From assembly GCA_002269645.1 (NCBI GenBank), contig NIVC01000974.1:218258-282257 (forward strand): a stretch of DNA of 64,000 nucleotides, in the 5' to 3' direction. The notes below the pieces were generated by a model, which was not told where the DNA came from, ran no database searches, and was given only the letters and a program-made list of their open reading frames with translations. The stretch is from Macrostomum lignano. Its lineage: Eukaryota. Position numbers and translations under genes: made by a program. Of the stretch, positions 1-11,806 are shown piece after piece (within the stretch, counting starts at the first letter, position 1; each line of letters begins with the position of its first letter).

Positions 1-140
1 TGTTGATTAGTAGTGTTCAAATTACGGAATTCTTCAGACATTTTAAATTTACGCTGATTTTGACACAAGTGAAGCAACTGCAAAAGCAGATTTAACAAGT
101 TGAGCATCTCATTAAAATGGATTTAAAATCATTTTACATT

Positions 141-662
141 TTACACGTTGCTTTCCCGGTCGACAATATTCTCTTCGAAAACCACCTTTCCGTCGGCCTC
201 CTTGTTGTCAGTCTTCTTAACCTGAGGCCGCGCCGCCAGCTCCAGCTCTCTGGACTCAGACGGCTTGCAGGTGAGAAACGGTCGGCCCTCCAGTGCATCC
301 TGAATGGCGTCGGCGATGCTCTTCGGGTCCGGATAGAAGCGCGTCTCCAGGCGCGAGTAGACCAGCTTGTGCTGCAGCCGGATCTCGAAGGACCTGTAGC
401 GGCCGGCCAGCCCGGTGACCAGCAGCTGCTTGTGCCGGCCGTCTCCGGCCAGGCGCTGGTAGATCTCCTTGCGCAGCTGGAGAAACACGGCCCGGCCAAT
501 GTAGCGGTCGTACTCTACAGTGACAATTAGCAGCACTGGCCCGTTGCTCAGGTACTCCTGTCCGAGCGCTTGATCCGACTTCTCGCTGACTGGGCCAGGA
601 CCAGGGAGCTCCGGACCAATCACCAGCGACTCTGTAGTGCTCATCCTATCCCTATTATACAT
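141..662 (-). CDS. Rdx-family (SelW/SelT/MIEN1-like) thioredoxin-fold protein, intronless, lacking the CxxC/CxxU motif; alternative start at 644
   Basis: IVTVEYDRYIGRAVFLQLRKEI...GRYRSFEIRLQHKLVYSRLETRFYPDPKSIADAI aligns by eye with MIEN1 (VVEYCEPCGFEATYLELAS...[24 protein letters not shown]) and with SelW. GC-rich codon usage. Confidence 0.72.
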   Translation of the reverse strand: MYNRDRMSTTESLVIGPELPGPGPVSEKSDQALGQEYLSNGPVLLIVTVEYDRYIGRAVFLQLRKEIYQRLAGDGRHKQLLVTGLAGRYRSFEIRLQHKLVYSRLETRFYPDPKSIADAIQDALEGRPFLTCKPSESRELELAARPQVKKTDNKEADGKVVFEENIVDRESNV

Positions 663-900
663 TGCTACGCTTCTCAGCTGACCTACTGGGCATGTGTAAA
701 GCTTATTTATTCACTTAGCTTAGCCTAGGGAAAGTGCATGAGACATGACTTAGTCAGTCAGCATTTACTATTATTCGACCATAGACAATTGCCAGGCATT
801 GTCAAGTACTTTTGTAACTTTGCTAAATCCCCTAGCTCAATAGGTTTGATTCCAAGCTGTTGAATACTCTTCTCTCTGTTTAAAAGACAATAAAATAAAC

Positions 901-982
901 AAGAATCGCCTGATACTAGGAGATTCCGAGCGACGCGAGGAGATACTGTCTATTGCTCATCTCCTAGTATCAGGCGATTCTT
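901..982. repeat. Perfect 24-bp inverted repeat with a 34-nt loop (82-nt hairpin)
   Basis: aagaatcgcctgatactaggagat (901-924) is the exact reverse complement of atctcctagtatcaggcgattctt (959-982). Confidence 0.9.
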
Positions 983-1309
983 TGTATGTAATCCACGGCA
1001 TGTGCGACCTGAATATAAAGCCTTATCTCCGCCGGAGATACATGTAATGAGTTAACTCCGCTATCGATGTCTATCCATCTCGTTGGTTTGTCTATGGTAG
1101 CAGAGTTACGCTACTGATTATCACCGCTCATTTAACACTGGGTGAATAGACGAGGCGCACAGGTAAATTGGATTACATAGAGAATTTTAAATCAAGCATT
1201 CTGGGATTTAATAGGATTATCAACTTCACTTCCCGTCCTAAGTGATTAAAAAGTCCTTGGCTTTTAATTATCAACTTACGAGTGATTGGCTTCTTTGTCT
1301 ATGGCCGAG

Positions 1310-1620
1310 TGCAGTTTATTGGCAGTGGCTGCTTCTTCTTCATAACGCCCCATGCACCGCAGGAGCGAGAGCCCGGGCCATCCTTAAGGAGGCGCTCGGT
1401 GTCGTTCCCGACCAGGCGCCGACCGTCTCCACGGGGCAACGAAACAAGACGTGCTCGCTGTCGTCAGCTTCCCCACAGTCCAATAATTGCGGGGAGTCGG
1501 TCAGAGCCAGACGATGTCGAATGTCGGCACAGGTCGCCAACAGCTGTTGCTGCAGCGAATGGGGATGCTCCAACACTCACCAACATTGTCAACTCTCTAG
1601 TCACCAACACTCCGTGCCAC
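1310..1620 (-). mobile_element. Degenerate 3' fragment of a non-LTR retrotransposon ORF2 (R1/LOA-like zinc-knuckle tail)
   Basis: The minus frame reads HRLALTDSPQLLDCGEADDSEHVLFRCP, matching the SPxCxxCGExDDxEHxxFxCP C-terminal motif of R1-type ORF2. The first Cys is lost and no RT domain lies nearby. Confidence 0.5.
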
Positions 1621-2264
1621 AACTGCAGTCTACCATTAATAAAAGCTACGATATAGTTAATAGTTAAGCAGCTGCAGGATCCATGCAACCCCAACGAACA
1701 TTTGACACGCTCTCAAGACTTAAAAAAGAAACTTCCTGCTGCAAAAATATTTCTCTCTGCCTCTGTATATTCTGATGGGTTTCGCGCTGCTGCTTTTAGC
1801 ATAGGAGTCGAAATAATTCGCCAATTATGAAAATATATCGCAAACTTGAAAATAAAAACCTTCCGTGCTTTGAGCAAAACTGGGCTGAAAAATTCACAGA
1901 ACTTCTGGTAGCATTTTAGGTGGCCACCTTAGCGCATAAAAAAGGAAAAAATAGATCGCACGTTTCTTGGTACACTTTGCAGCAAAATCCTGGCTTATTT
2001 TGCCCAAAATTTAAATGATGATATTTTAAAATTTAAATTAGCGCCAAAAGTTTGTTTGTTTTAGTCAAAAAACTATTATTGAAATTTAAGCTCGCATTCT
2101 CTGTATTTTAATTTTTCTTGAACATAAACTTGAATTTAAACTGCATGGACTTTCATTTAAAACAATGAAACCTTTCTTTCTACCGTAATCTATTTTTGGC
2201 GCGAATTCAAAATTCAAGCGAAAGAAAAGCAAGCACGCATGCTATATGTCAAATCGCTGGCCGC

Positions 2265-5200
2265 TCACTCCGCTCGGTCGGGCAGCTTGAGGCCGGCCGG
2301 GAAGCTGGCAAAGTCGGTCAGCAGCATGCGCACGATCTCGGCCAGGATGGCGTGAAAATTCACCAGAGCCGGCGCAGTCAGCTGGGGCACATTGTGCCGC
2401 ATGAAGAACAGCCTCCGGCACAGCTCCTTCAGCTGGCAATGCAGGCTTTGAGTTGCTCGAAGCATCAAAGGCGTCACTTCTTCCAGCAGCATGCCGTGCG
2501 TGTGGCCCGCGCCTCTGTTAGTGAGGCGAGAGGTGCTCCTTCATTTCATATACCTGAATCCTTCATTTCATATACCTGAATCCTTCATTTCATATACCTG
2601 AATCCTTCATTTCATATACCTGAATCCTTCATTTCATATACCTGAATCCTTCATTTCATATACCTGAATCCTTCATTTCATATACCTGAATCCTTCATTT
2701 CATATACCTGAATCCTTCATTTCATATACCTGAATCCTTCATTTCATATACCTGAATCCTTCATTTCATATACCTGAATCCTTCATTTCATATACCTGAA
2801 TCCTTCATTTCATATACCTGAATCCTTCATTTCATATACCTGAATCCTTCATTTCATATACCTGAATCCTTCATTTCATATACCTGAATCCTTCATTTCA
2901 TATACCTGAATCCTTCATTTCATATACCTGAATCCTTCATTTCATATACCTGAATCCTTCATTTCATATACCTGAATCCTTTATTTTATATACCTGAATC
3001 CTACATTTCATATACCTGAATCCTTCATTTCATATACCCGAATTCTACATTGCTCACCTGAACCCTACATTTTTCATCGGAACTCTACATTTCTTACCCA
3101 ACTTCAGACAAAGCATGAGCTTCTATGGAACCCGAAATCGCTAACTTACAAGTGCTACTTAGTCAGTAGTCTATACTGAAAAATCTCCCCACAAAAACAA
3201 GAATTCTCATCCCAGCTCACAAATTCGGACAGAGCTGCGTCTGCACCGCATCGCACTCGTCCGTTTTCGGCTCGCACCACTTGATCTTCCGGCCGCCGCC
3301 GCCGCCGCCAGCAGCGGGAGCACCGGTCCGCAGGTGCCGCCGGCCTCGCCGACGCTGGCCGCCGGTTTTGGCCAACAGGCGCCGGAAGGTGTCCGTCTTC
3401 AGCGAGGCGTACGGATTGTCGCCCTGGCAGCCCCTGCGCCCGGTGGCCCGCAGCCGCTCTGCCTGTTTGGCCGTGGCGTCAGCGCAGGCCGACATCAGGT
3501 TGGCCGCCTTAGCCGCCGCCGCAGCCGGTTTTTTATGCCGGACCGCCGGCCGGGCTTTCGGCTTGGCCGCATAGATGGCGGCGCTGCCGCAGGCGTCCTT
3601 CTTGGAGCAGCGGCCGCCGCTGCCCGGAGTGCTGTTGTTCTCGCTCTTGTTCAGCTGCCGCAGCTTCGTCGGCGCCGACTGCTGGCTGCTGCAAAAGTTT
3701 TATGCAGAAGGACGGGAGACTTGGTTTCTTAGAAAATCTTTTGAAGGCTGGCTTGCTAAAAGATGAATTTTCTGTCCTATTTAAGTAGTTCTTGTGCAAA
3801 TCTTGATTTTGGTTCAACTTCAGCTTGACTTCAGCTTAAATTCAGCTTGGCTTCAGCTGGACTTCAGCTTGGCTTCAGTTTGACTTCAGCTTGACTTCAG
3901 CTTGACTTCAGCTTGACTTCAGCTTGACTTCAGCTTGACTTCAGCTTGACTTCAGCTTGACTTCAGCTTAAATTCAGCTTAACTTCAGCTTAACTTCAGC
4001 TTAACTTCAGCTTAACTTCAGCTTAACTTCAGCTTGACTTCAGCTTGACTTTTAGCTTAAATTCAGCTTGACTTCAGCTTGACTTCAGCTTAACTTCAGC
4101 TTAACTTCAGCTTAACTTCAGCTTGACTTTTAGCTTAAATTCAGCTTGACTTCAGCTTGACTTCAGCTTAACTTCAGCTTAACTTCAGCTTGACTTTTAG
4201 CTTAAATTCAGCTTGACTTCAGCTTGACTTCAGCTTGGCTTCAGTTTGACTTCAGCTTGACTTCAGCTTGACTTCAGCTTGACTTCAGCTTGGCTTCAGC
4301 TGGACTTCAGCTTGGCTTCAGTTTGACTTCAGCTTGACTTCAGCTTGACTTCAGCTTGACTTCAGCTTGACTTCAGCTTGACTTCAGCTTGACTTCAGCT
4401 TGACTTCAGCTTGACTTCAGCTTGACTTCAGCTTGACTTCAGCTTGACTTCAGCGTAATTTCAGCTTGATTTCAGCTTGACTTCAGCTTGACTTCAGCTT
4501 GACTTCAGCCTAATTTCAGCTTGATTTCAGCTTGACTTCAGCTTGACTTCAGCCTAATTTCAGCTTGATTTCAGCTTGACTTCAGCTTGACTTTTAGCTT
4601 AAATTCACCTTGACTGCGGCTTGACTTCATCTCCAGGGCAACTCAGATTTGCTCGGAGAAAAGACAACATTCATAGTGGAATTTTAAAAGCACCACCTGC
4701 TTCTATTGCAAACGCTCGTATTTGAACTGATTTATAGAGACCGACTCACAAGCAGCTGCCAGCCATGCCAGTGAGAGTGGACGAGCCGCCATAGAGTCTG
4801 CTGCTGCTGCTGCTGCTCTGTCTGCTGACTGTCCGGCCAACCTCTCTGATCTTCCGTTGGACTTGCTTTCTGTCGGAGTGTTTGGGAAAATAGCAGTTGG
4901 CATTCACTTTGGCGTGACTTCTGTATTGGTGAATGATTCATCTTGAGACTTACCCATGCGCCTGCGACACGCTATGACCCATTGTAGAAATCTTAGCCAT
5001 ACTATAAAAATGTTTTAGATATCTATGACCCATTTTAGACATCTATGGCCCATTTTAGATATCTATGACCCATTTTAGACATCTATGGCCCATTTTAGAT
5101 ATCTATGACCCATTTTAGATATCTATGACCCATTTTAGATAGCTATGACCCATTTTAGATGTATATGATCCACTGTAGATATTTATGACCCATTGTAGAT

Positions 5201-5758
5201 ATCTATGACCCATTGTAGACATCTATGACCTATTTTAGATATCTGTGACCTATTTTAAATATATGACCCATTGTAGACATCTATGACCCATTGTAGACAT
5301 CTATAACCCATTGTAGATATCTATGACCCATTGTAGACATCTATGACCCATTGTATACATCTATGACCCATTGTAGACATCTATAACCCATTGTAGATAT
5401 CTATGACCCATTGTAGACATGTAGACATCTATGACCCATTGTAGATATCTACGACCAACTGTCGATGTCTATGACTCATAATAGATGACTCACTTCTGTA
5501 TTTACCTATACTATTCACTTTTGACAATTGCCAACCGCAGAAGTGCTTAAAAGTGACAGCAATCAAAACATGGTACTTTTTTAGTTCTCACATATAATAT
5601 GGCGATGAGTTCTGTGCACCAGAATCGCTGGAATAATTGGAATTATTTGTTCGACTAGTGCTGCTGCTTCTGCTTCTGCTGCTGCTGCTGTTGCTGCATT
5701 CAGGGGTTAGCGAGCTACGGGTCATGTTGCTGGCACTGCTAGCCTGGGACTTCTTCAT
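2265..5758 (-). CDS. Uncharacterised 4-exon gene, ~351 aa: exons 5758-5592, 4920-4750, 3688-3221, 2514-2265
   Basis: ATG at 5758. Donors GTGAGA, GTGAGT, GTGAGC; acceptors TACAG, TGCAG, AACAG. All junctions join in frame (1056 nt) and end in TGA at 2265. Ser-rich N-terminus, basic middle, helical hydrophobic C-terminus (QSLHCQLKELCRRLFF). No family recognised. Confidence 0.6.
2538..3070. repeat. 22-bp minisatellite (ttcatttcatatacctgaatcc), ~23 copies, in intron 3 of the orphan gene
   Basis: Tandem periodicity visible directly; degenerates at the right end. Confidence 0.95.
3818..4629. repeat. 11-bp minisatellite (cttcagcttga), ~70 copies, in intron 2
   Basis: Tandem periodicity visible directly. 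Confidence 0.95.
4973..5485. repeat. 20-bp minisatellite (ctatgacccattttagatat) in intron 1
   Basis: Tandem periodicity with ttttag/ttgtag variants. Confidence 0.93.
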
Positions 5759-5982
5759 TTTTAGTGTTGTCGTGCCTGATACGCTAATTTATTGAGCAAT
5801 TTAGAGACTAGTTTTGTCGCTTTAATTAGAACCGGTTTATTCGGGTGCATTTTTATCTTGTCTATGGCAGAATAGCTGTGAAAAACTCATGGCAACCGTA
5901 TAATGTATTCATGCGGCGTCTTGTACTTACGAGTATTGGCGATATTAGCCCATGGATGAATGCAAGCTCTCTCCCTCTCTCT

Positions 5983-6536
5983 GGTGATGAAGGGAGGCTG
6001 GGCTGTCACCCTGTCTCTCTCTCTCTCTCTCTCTCTGGTGATGAAGGGAGGCTGGGCTGTCACCCTGTCTCTCTCTCTCTCTCTCTCTCTGGTGATGAAG
6101 GGAGGCTGGGCTGTCACCCTGTCTCTCTCTCTCTGGTGATGAAGGGAGGCTGGGCTGTCACCCTGTCTCTCTCTCTCTGGTGATGAAGGGAGGCTGGGCT
6201 GTCACCCTGTCTCTCTCTCTCTCTCTCTCTCTCTGGTGATGAAGGGAGGCTGGGCTGTCACCCTGTCTCTCTCTCTCTCTCTCTCTCTCTGGTGATGAAG
6301 GGAGGCTGGGCTGTCACCCTGTCTCTCTCTCTCTCTCCCTCTCTCTGGTGATGAAGGGAGGCTGGGCTGTCACCCTGTCTCTCTCTCTCTCTCTCTCTGG
6401 TGATGAAGGGAGGCTGGGCTGTCACCCTGTCTCTCTCTCTCTCTCCCTCTCTCTGGTGATGAAGGGAGGCTGGGCTGTCACCCTGTCTCTCTCTCTCTCT
6501 CCCTCTCTCTGGTGATGAAGGGAGGCTGGGCTGTCA

Positions 6537-6573
<37 letters not shown>

Positions 6574-6906
6574 GATGAAGGGAGGCTGGGCTGTCACCCT
6601 GTCTCTCTCTCTCTCTCTCTCTGGTGATGAAGGGAGGCTGGGCTGTCACCCTGTCTCTCTCTCTCTCTCTGGTGATGAAGGGAGGCTGGGCTGTCACCCT
6701 GTCTCTCTCTCTCTCTCTGGTGATGAAGGGAGGCTGGGCTGTCACCCTGTCTCTCTCTCTCTCTCCCTCTCTCTGGTGATGAAGGGAGGCTGGGCTGTCA
6801 CCCTGTCTCTCTCTCTCTCTCTCTCTGGTGATGAAGGGAGGCTGGGCTGTCACCCTGTCTCTCTCTCTCTCCCTCTCTCTGGTGATGAAGGGAGGCTGGG
6901 CTGTCA

Positions 6907-6938
<32 letters not shown>

Positions 6939-6964
6939 GGTGATGAAGGGAGGCTGGGCTGTCA

Positions 6965-7003
<39 letters not shown>

Positions 7004-7026
7004 GATGAAGGGAGGCTGGGCTGTCA

Positions 7027-7063
<37 letters not shown>

Positions 7064-7525
7064 GATGAAGGGAGGCTGGGCTGTCACCCTGTCTCTCTCT
7101 CTCTCTCCCTCTCTCTGGTGATGAAGGGAGGCTGGGCTGTCACCCTGTCTCTCTCTCTCTCTCTCTCTCTCTGGTGATGAAGGGAGGCTGGGCTGTCACC
7201 CTGTCTCTCTCTCTCTCTCTCTCTCTCTGGTGATGAAGGGAGGCTGGGCTGTCACCCTGTCTCTCTCTCTCTCTCTGGTGATGAAGGGAGGCTGGGCTGT
7301 CACCCTGTCTCTCTCTCTCTCTCTGGTGATGAAGGGAGGCTGGGCTGTCACCCTGTCTCTCTCTCTCTCTGGTGATGAAGGGAGGCTGGGCTGTCACCCT
7401 GTCTCTATCTCTCTGGTGATGAAGGGAGGCTGGGCTGTCACCCTGTCTCTATCTCTCTGGTGATGAAGGGAGGCTGGGCTGTCACCCTGTCTCTCTCTCT
7501 CTGATGATGAAGGGAGGCTGGGCTC
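5983..7525. repeat. Composite satellite: near-invariant 32-bp core (ggtgatgaagggaggctgggctgtcaccctgt) plus a variable (CT)n tract, 30 units
   Basis: 30 cores counted; the CT tract length differs from unit to unit. Confidence 0.95.
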
Positions 7526-8359
7526 ATTATCAGCATTATTTTTTAATCAAAAAATTAAGCCAAGAGAAAAGACTTATTTTTTATCGAACAAAACAAAAAT
7601 CAATGGAAATATACTATTTAGCAGTGCAAATTCTCATGTTGCTACTGCATTAACTAGTAGTATATATTTGCACGCGAACCATTGGATGATACAGATGAAT
7701 ACTATATACAAATTGTATAACAATGAGACAAAATCGCATAGACACCCATTAAATATACGAGGCGAGGACATTACAACTGAATCAGACTGACAGCCTGGCC
7801 AGGGAAAGTGTGATATTAATGCAGAAGCGATTAACTGTAACGAGATTAATTTGCTGCTCCTTAGTTTCACAACAAGCTGATTCCGCAGTGTGCTGTGAAA
7901 TGCGCAAATCAAAGCAGCTGCAGAAATCAGTGGAGGACAGTGTTAACTCTCTGACAAACAAATATTGCACTGCATGGCCGTGGAATTCATGAATGCCTGA
8001 ATTGCTAGAATATATGCTGTAATAAAAACACATTTTGATGAGGATAATTCTCTTCGAGAACTCGCTGTCGGACGCAGCCGGTTGCTCTGAGGGAGCAGAG
8101 GGCCTCGCTGTAAACAGCTTTGAACGCTGCGGTGGGGCCAGAAGCAGAAATTGGAATGCAATTTTGACAGAACTCCCTAACAGCATGTTTATAATTTGTT
8201 AATAATTAGGTGCTCTGATTGCTGGGAAAAACTATTTTAGCGCTACTAAATTGCCAGGATATACTGCCTGTCCTTTGTAGTTTCAAACACGAGTAGCATC
8301 TGGGAACGCGCGGCTGGGTTCAACGGGTGCGGAGTCCGGTGGAGGCGGGACAGGGGCAG

Positions 8360-9454
8360 TCAGGGTGAGGCGCCGCCGCCGCCGCCGCAGCAGCCGGCTC
8401 CGCGATGCTTCGCCAGCAGTCCCATCCGGCTGAAGGTCTTGCCGCAGGCTTGGCATCGGTACTTCTTCACCTCCGAGTGCGTCTGCATGTGCGCCCGCAG
8501 GTTGGACCGGTCGGCGAAGGCCCGCTGGCACACCTGGCACTGGAACGGTTTCTCCCCCGTGTGCGTCCGCAGGTGGCCGTTGAGCAGCCACATCCGGCTG
8601 AAGGCCTTGCCGCACACCCGGCACTGGCACGGCAGGGTGTGAGTCCTGATGTGCATCTTCAGCGCGCTCAGGCTGCAGTACTCCTTGTGGCAGCGGGTGC
8701 AGCTGAATCGGCGAGCCTCGCCGCCGCAGCTGCCGGACTCCAGGTGCTTCAGCAGGCCGGACGGCGTGGTGTACACCCGGCCGCAGCGGTCGCAAGACAG
8801 ACCGGACGGCCTCTTGGCCGGCTGCAGGTCAGCGGCCGGGGTTGGCGGCAGCGAGGCCTGCGGGGACGCCGAAGGAGGCGGCAGGCGGTCGGCCGAGCCG
8901 TCAGCGGAGGCGTCGGATGAGCCGAGCGGCGACGAACGGCAAGACGACGGGACGATGAGTCGCGGCGGCTGCGGAGGCGGCGGCGGCGGCGGCGGCGGCA
9001 ACGGAGGAACCGACAGGTGCTGCAGCTGCGGCAGCGACAGCTGCGAGCTGCCCAGCGCCACGCCTGTCGGCAGCCGGTGAGGGCCCGGGGGCCAACACAG
9101 CGGAGGCGGCAGCGGCAGTGGCGGCAAAGTCGATGAGCAGCTGCCGCCGTCGCTGCCGCCGCCACCGCCACCGACACGATGGCCAGCAGTCTTAGCCAGC
9201 TCCTGGGCCTTCGCCATGACGCGCATCTGGAAATCAGCGAACAGTCCAGGATAGGCGCAGATGTTCTCCAGCGTTGGCTTCATCTCGTCAGGGCGCCAGG
9301 CAAACAGCGGCACCAGCGGCAGATGCTGGAGATGCTGGTGCGGAAGCTGATGATGGCGAGGCAGGCAGCCCGAGGCGGCAGCGGCCGCGGCTGCTGCGGC
9401 GGCTGCAGCGAACACGGAATGTGCAGGCGGAAGCTGCTGTGGCTGTTGTTGCAT
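8360..9454 (-). CDS. snail: Snail-family C2H2 zinc-finger transcription factor (5 fingers, Snail2/Slug-like), single coding exon as seen; first ATG at 9454
   Basis: [99 protein letters not shown] is the diagnostic Snail finger array. Confidence 0.95.
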   Translation of the reverse strand: MQQQPQQLPPAHSVFAAAAAAAAAAAASGCLPRHHQLPHQHLQHLPLVPLFAWRPDEMKPTLENICAYPGLFADFQMRVMAKAQELAKTAGHRVGGGGGGSDGGSCSSTLPPLPLPPPLCWPPGPHRLPTGVALGSSQLSLPQLQHLSVPPLPPPPPPPPPQPPRLIVPSSCRSSPLGSSDASADGSADRLPPPSASPQASLPPTPAADLQPAKRPSGLSCDRCGRVYTTPSGLLKHLESGSCGGEARRFSCTRCHKEYCSLSALKMHIRTHTLPCQCRVCGKAFSRMWLLNGHLRTHTGEKPFQCQVCQRAFADRSNLRAHMQTHSEVKKYRCQACGKTFSRMGLLAKHRGAGCCGGGGGASP

Positions 9455-9683
9455 CTTGCTGCACAATTAACCTGGGAAATGCATGCAGGTGCAGCGGTCA
9501 TAATGCTTGCAGACTTTGAGCAAAGATTTTGTTCAATTTCAAACAGCAACTGCAGAATGCCGAGTTCAACAGACTTTCCAGCCGTTTAATGCAATGCTCT
9601 ATGGTAATAATTGGTCTTAATAGGATTGTAGCAGTACGAATACACGTCTGCAGCATTGGTGGCTGGTTGGCGCAAGTTGAGGC

Positions 9684-9862
9684 GCCATCGGGGGGCGCGC
9701 CAGCGGGTAGCAAACGGGGCGCCATCGGGGGGCGCCATCGGGGGGCGCCATCGGGGGGCGCCATCGGGGGGTGTGCCATCGGGGGCGCCATCGGGGGGCG
9801 CCATCAGGGGGTGTGCCATCGGGGGGGCGCCATCGGGGGCATCGGGGGGCGCATAGGGGGGT
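9684..9862. repeat. G-run minisatellite, ~13-bp unit (gcgccatcggggg), upstream of snail
   Basis: Tandem GGGGG/GGGGGG-containing units. Confidence 0.85.
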
Positions 9863-11806
9863 CCATCAGGTGGCAAACAAACAATAATCAAGCAGCAAAC
9901 TTGCTCAGGAAAAGAGCCATATAACAATGACTAATCAAATGCGCCTGCAACCTGTTGAGGCAAATCTCAATTCTTAGAATGTGTAAATTCCCCAGCAAAT
10001 GCTTGTATGGCTTAGCCCACGTGTATACACAAATATGAGCCAATGGTTTGATACCAGAAATTATGTATGTTTGGCCCAATACTAAAGTCCCTACACGTTG
10101 CCCAACAAAATCATTCCTTGATTCCCCGTGGCGATGGCCCCGAGCACCTGATGGTTGTTAATTCCCATGGTATATGTTTAGCGATCAACTGGTAGTTCGG
10201 CCTTATGCATGGGACATACAGGAATTTAACAATAAATTGTGAGCGTAGAATGAGTATTAAGTTTTGTTTCTGAGATGTGTAAAGACTGCAGACTATATAC
10301 AAGAGCCCCACGTGCCTTCGAACTTTTTTGGAGTTCGAATTATTAGAATTTTGATGGCCGACTCCATGCGACCGCGCGAGTGTTTAAACTTTTTTTCAGA
10401 AACTTTACACGCGGAGCAGAGTAAATCCCCGCAATCCAGATGGCTCTATCCTGTTGCTACGCTCAAAAATCTAATAATATTAATAATAATTATTATTCTC
10501 AATTTCCCGTTTCTTTGAATGTCTCGGATTTTTTCAGGGCGACTGGCGGGTGGCTGCGCGGTGCTAGAAACAATAGGGACATTGAAACAACAACCGTAAT
10601 CTTCCCCCTGTTGCTTTTTTATTCAATAATTTGCCTCGCTTTCTCTCCTTTGTTTCAACCTTCTGCTCCCTCTCGAATAAAAAAGCATCCCTAGGCTCTA
10701 GCAATTTTATTTTTATATTTTATTGAATGCGTAAAATTACTGGTTAAACTCTCCAAGTCTATGCAGCCTCTGAGCCTCATCAGATGAGGCGCCTGAGGCT
10801 GCAGTTTTTAGGCAATCGACAAGAAGTGGCCAGAAGAAGGGGCCACTTTAAAAAACCCTACTAGACACAAATAAGCTCTTCCTTCTTACCTGATTTCACC
10901 ACACTTTTGACGCAGTTGCGGGGCAGTATTGCGCTTGCGAAACTTCCGCGTTAGTTGCTAGGCTATAGGCGGTGCTGCTTGTCCAGAGAATAATTTTAAG
11001 TAGCCAAAGGTGTCTAGGATTCTCTCTCAGTTTGTCTTTAAAAGGGTTTTTAAGGCCGAGGTCTATTAAAGCTTAAAAATGTAGGGGGTGGCAAAATTGG
11101 CGGCCGGGCACCCCCCCCCCCGGCAGCCAGTTCTGCCCCAGCCAATGGCGTGACAGGCAGCTCCGCTCCATTGGCTGAGACCAACCTGGCTCGGGCTGAG
11201 AACTGTAGCCACGAACTTCCCACGCAAATCCATTGCACAGCGCCCGACCGTCTCCGGGGCTCAATAATGACTTTTCCCACGGGAGAAAATGCAATGCGAT
11301 ATGGGAGACAGGCAAGGGGAGACGGCAGCGGCCATCTGATTAACAGTGTCAGGTGGCACTCAAGGATAGCCAGTAGCAGCAATGTTTGTCCACTATGCGC
11401 CCGAGCAGCTGCCACCGCTTTGAAGGGTCTGGCTGATGGCATGTGCTCTGTGCTGTTGTTGTTGAAACACACTGCCGCGTAAGAGCGAATACACTGACTG
11501 CCGCGGTCCGAATGCCCGTTGTTGATGCTGATGAGCTGTCAAGCCTGTTGCTAGGGGGGTTTCCTACAAGTTTTCTTTTCCTGCTTCAGCTGGGCGCTGG
11601 CATTGAAGAAGGGCGAATGACGGGGAAGCAGCAGCTGCCGCATCCCCTTCATCTCCATTCTTTCAAGTTTCACGATGCCATTTGGTGCGTGCGATATGCC
11701 ACTGAGGCAAAACACAAGTTGTAGCGCTTCTAATGGGCAAGTAAGCATAATATTGCCCCCTGCTGGGAATTATGAAAATTGCTGAAAGTAAGTGCTGGAG
11801 TGATGC

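Noticed and set aside
4953-4975. Strong minus-strand GTAAGT donor at 4953 suggesting a micro-exon in the orphan gene
   Set aside because: It would need a 33-nt intron to the 4921 acceptor, which is probably too short, and the model is in frame without it.
5983-7525. CRISPR-like repeat-spacer layout
   Set aside because: The spacers are (CT)n microsatellites, not unique sequences; there are no cas genes and the context is eukaryotic.
10763-10864. Two small hairpins followed by CTAG, resembling a Helitron 3' end
   Set aside because: CTAG is followed by A rather than the expected T, and no 5' TC end or second copy was found.
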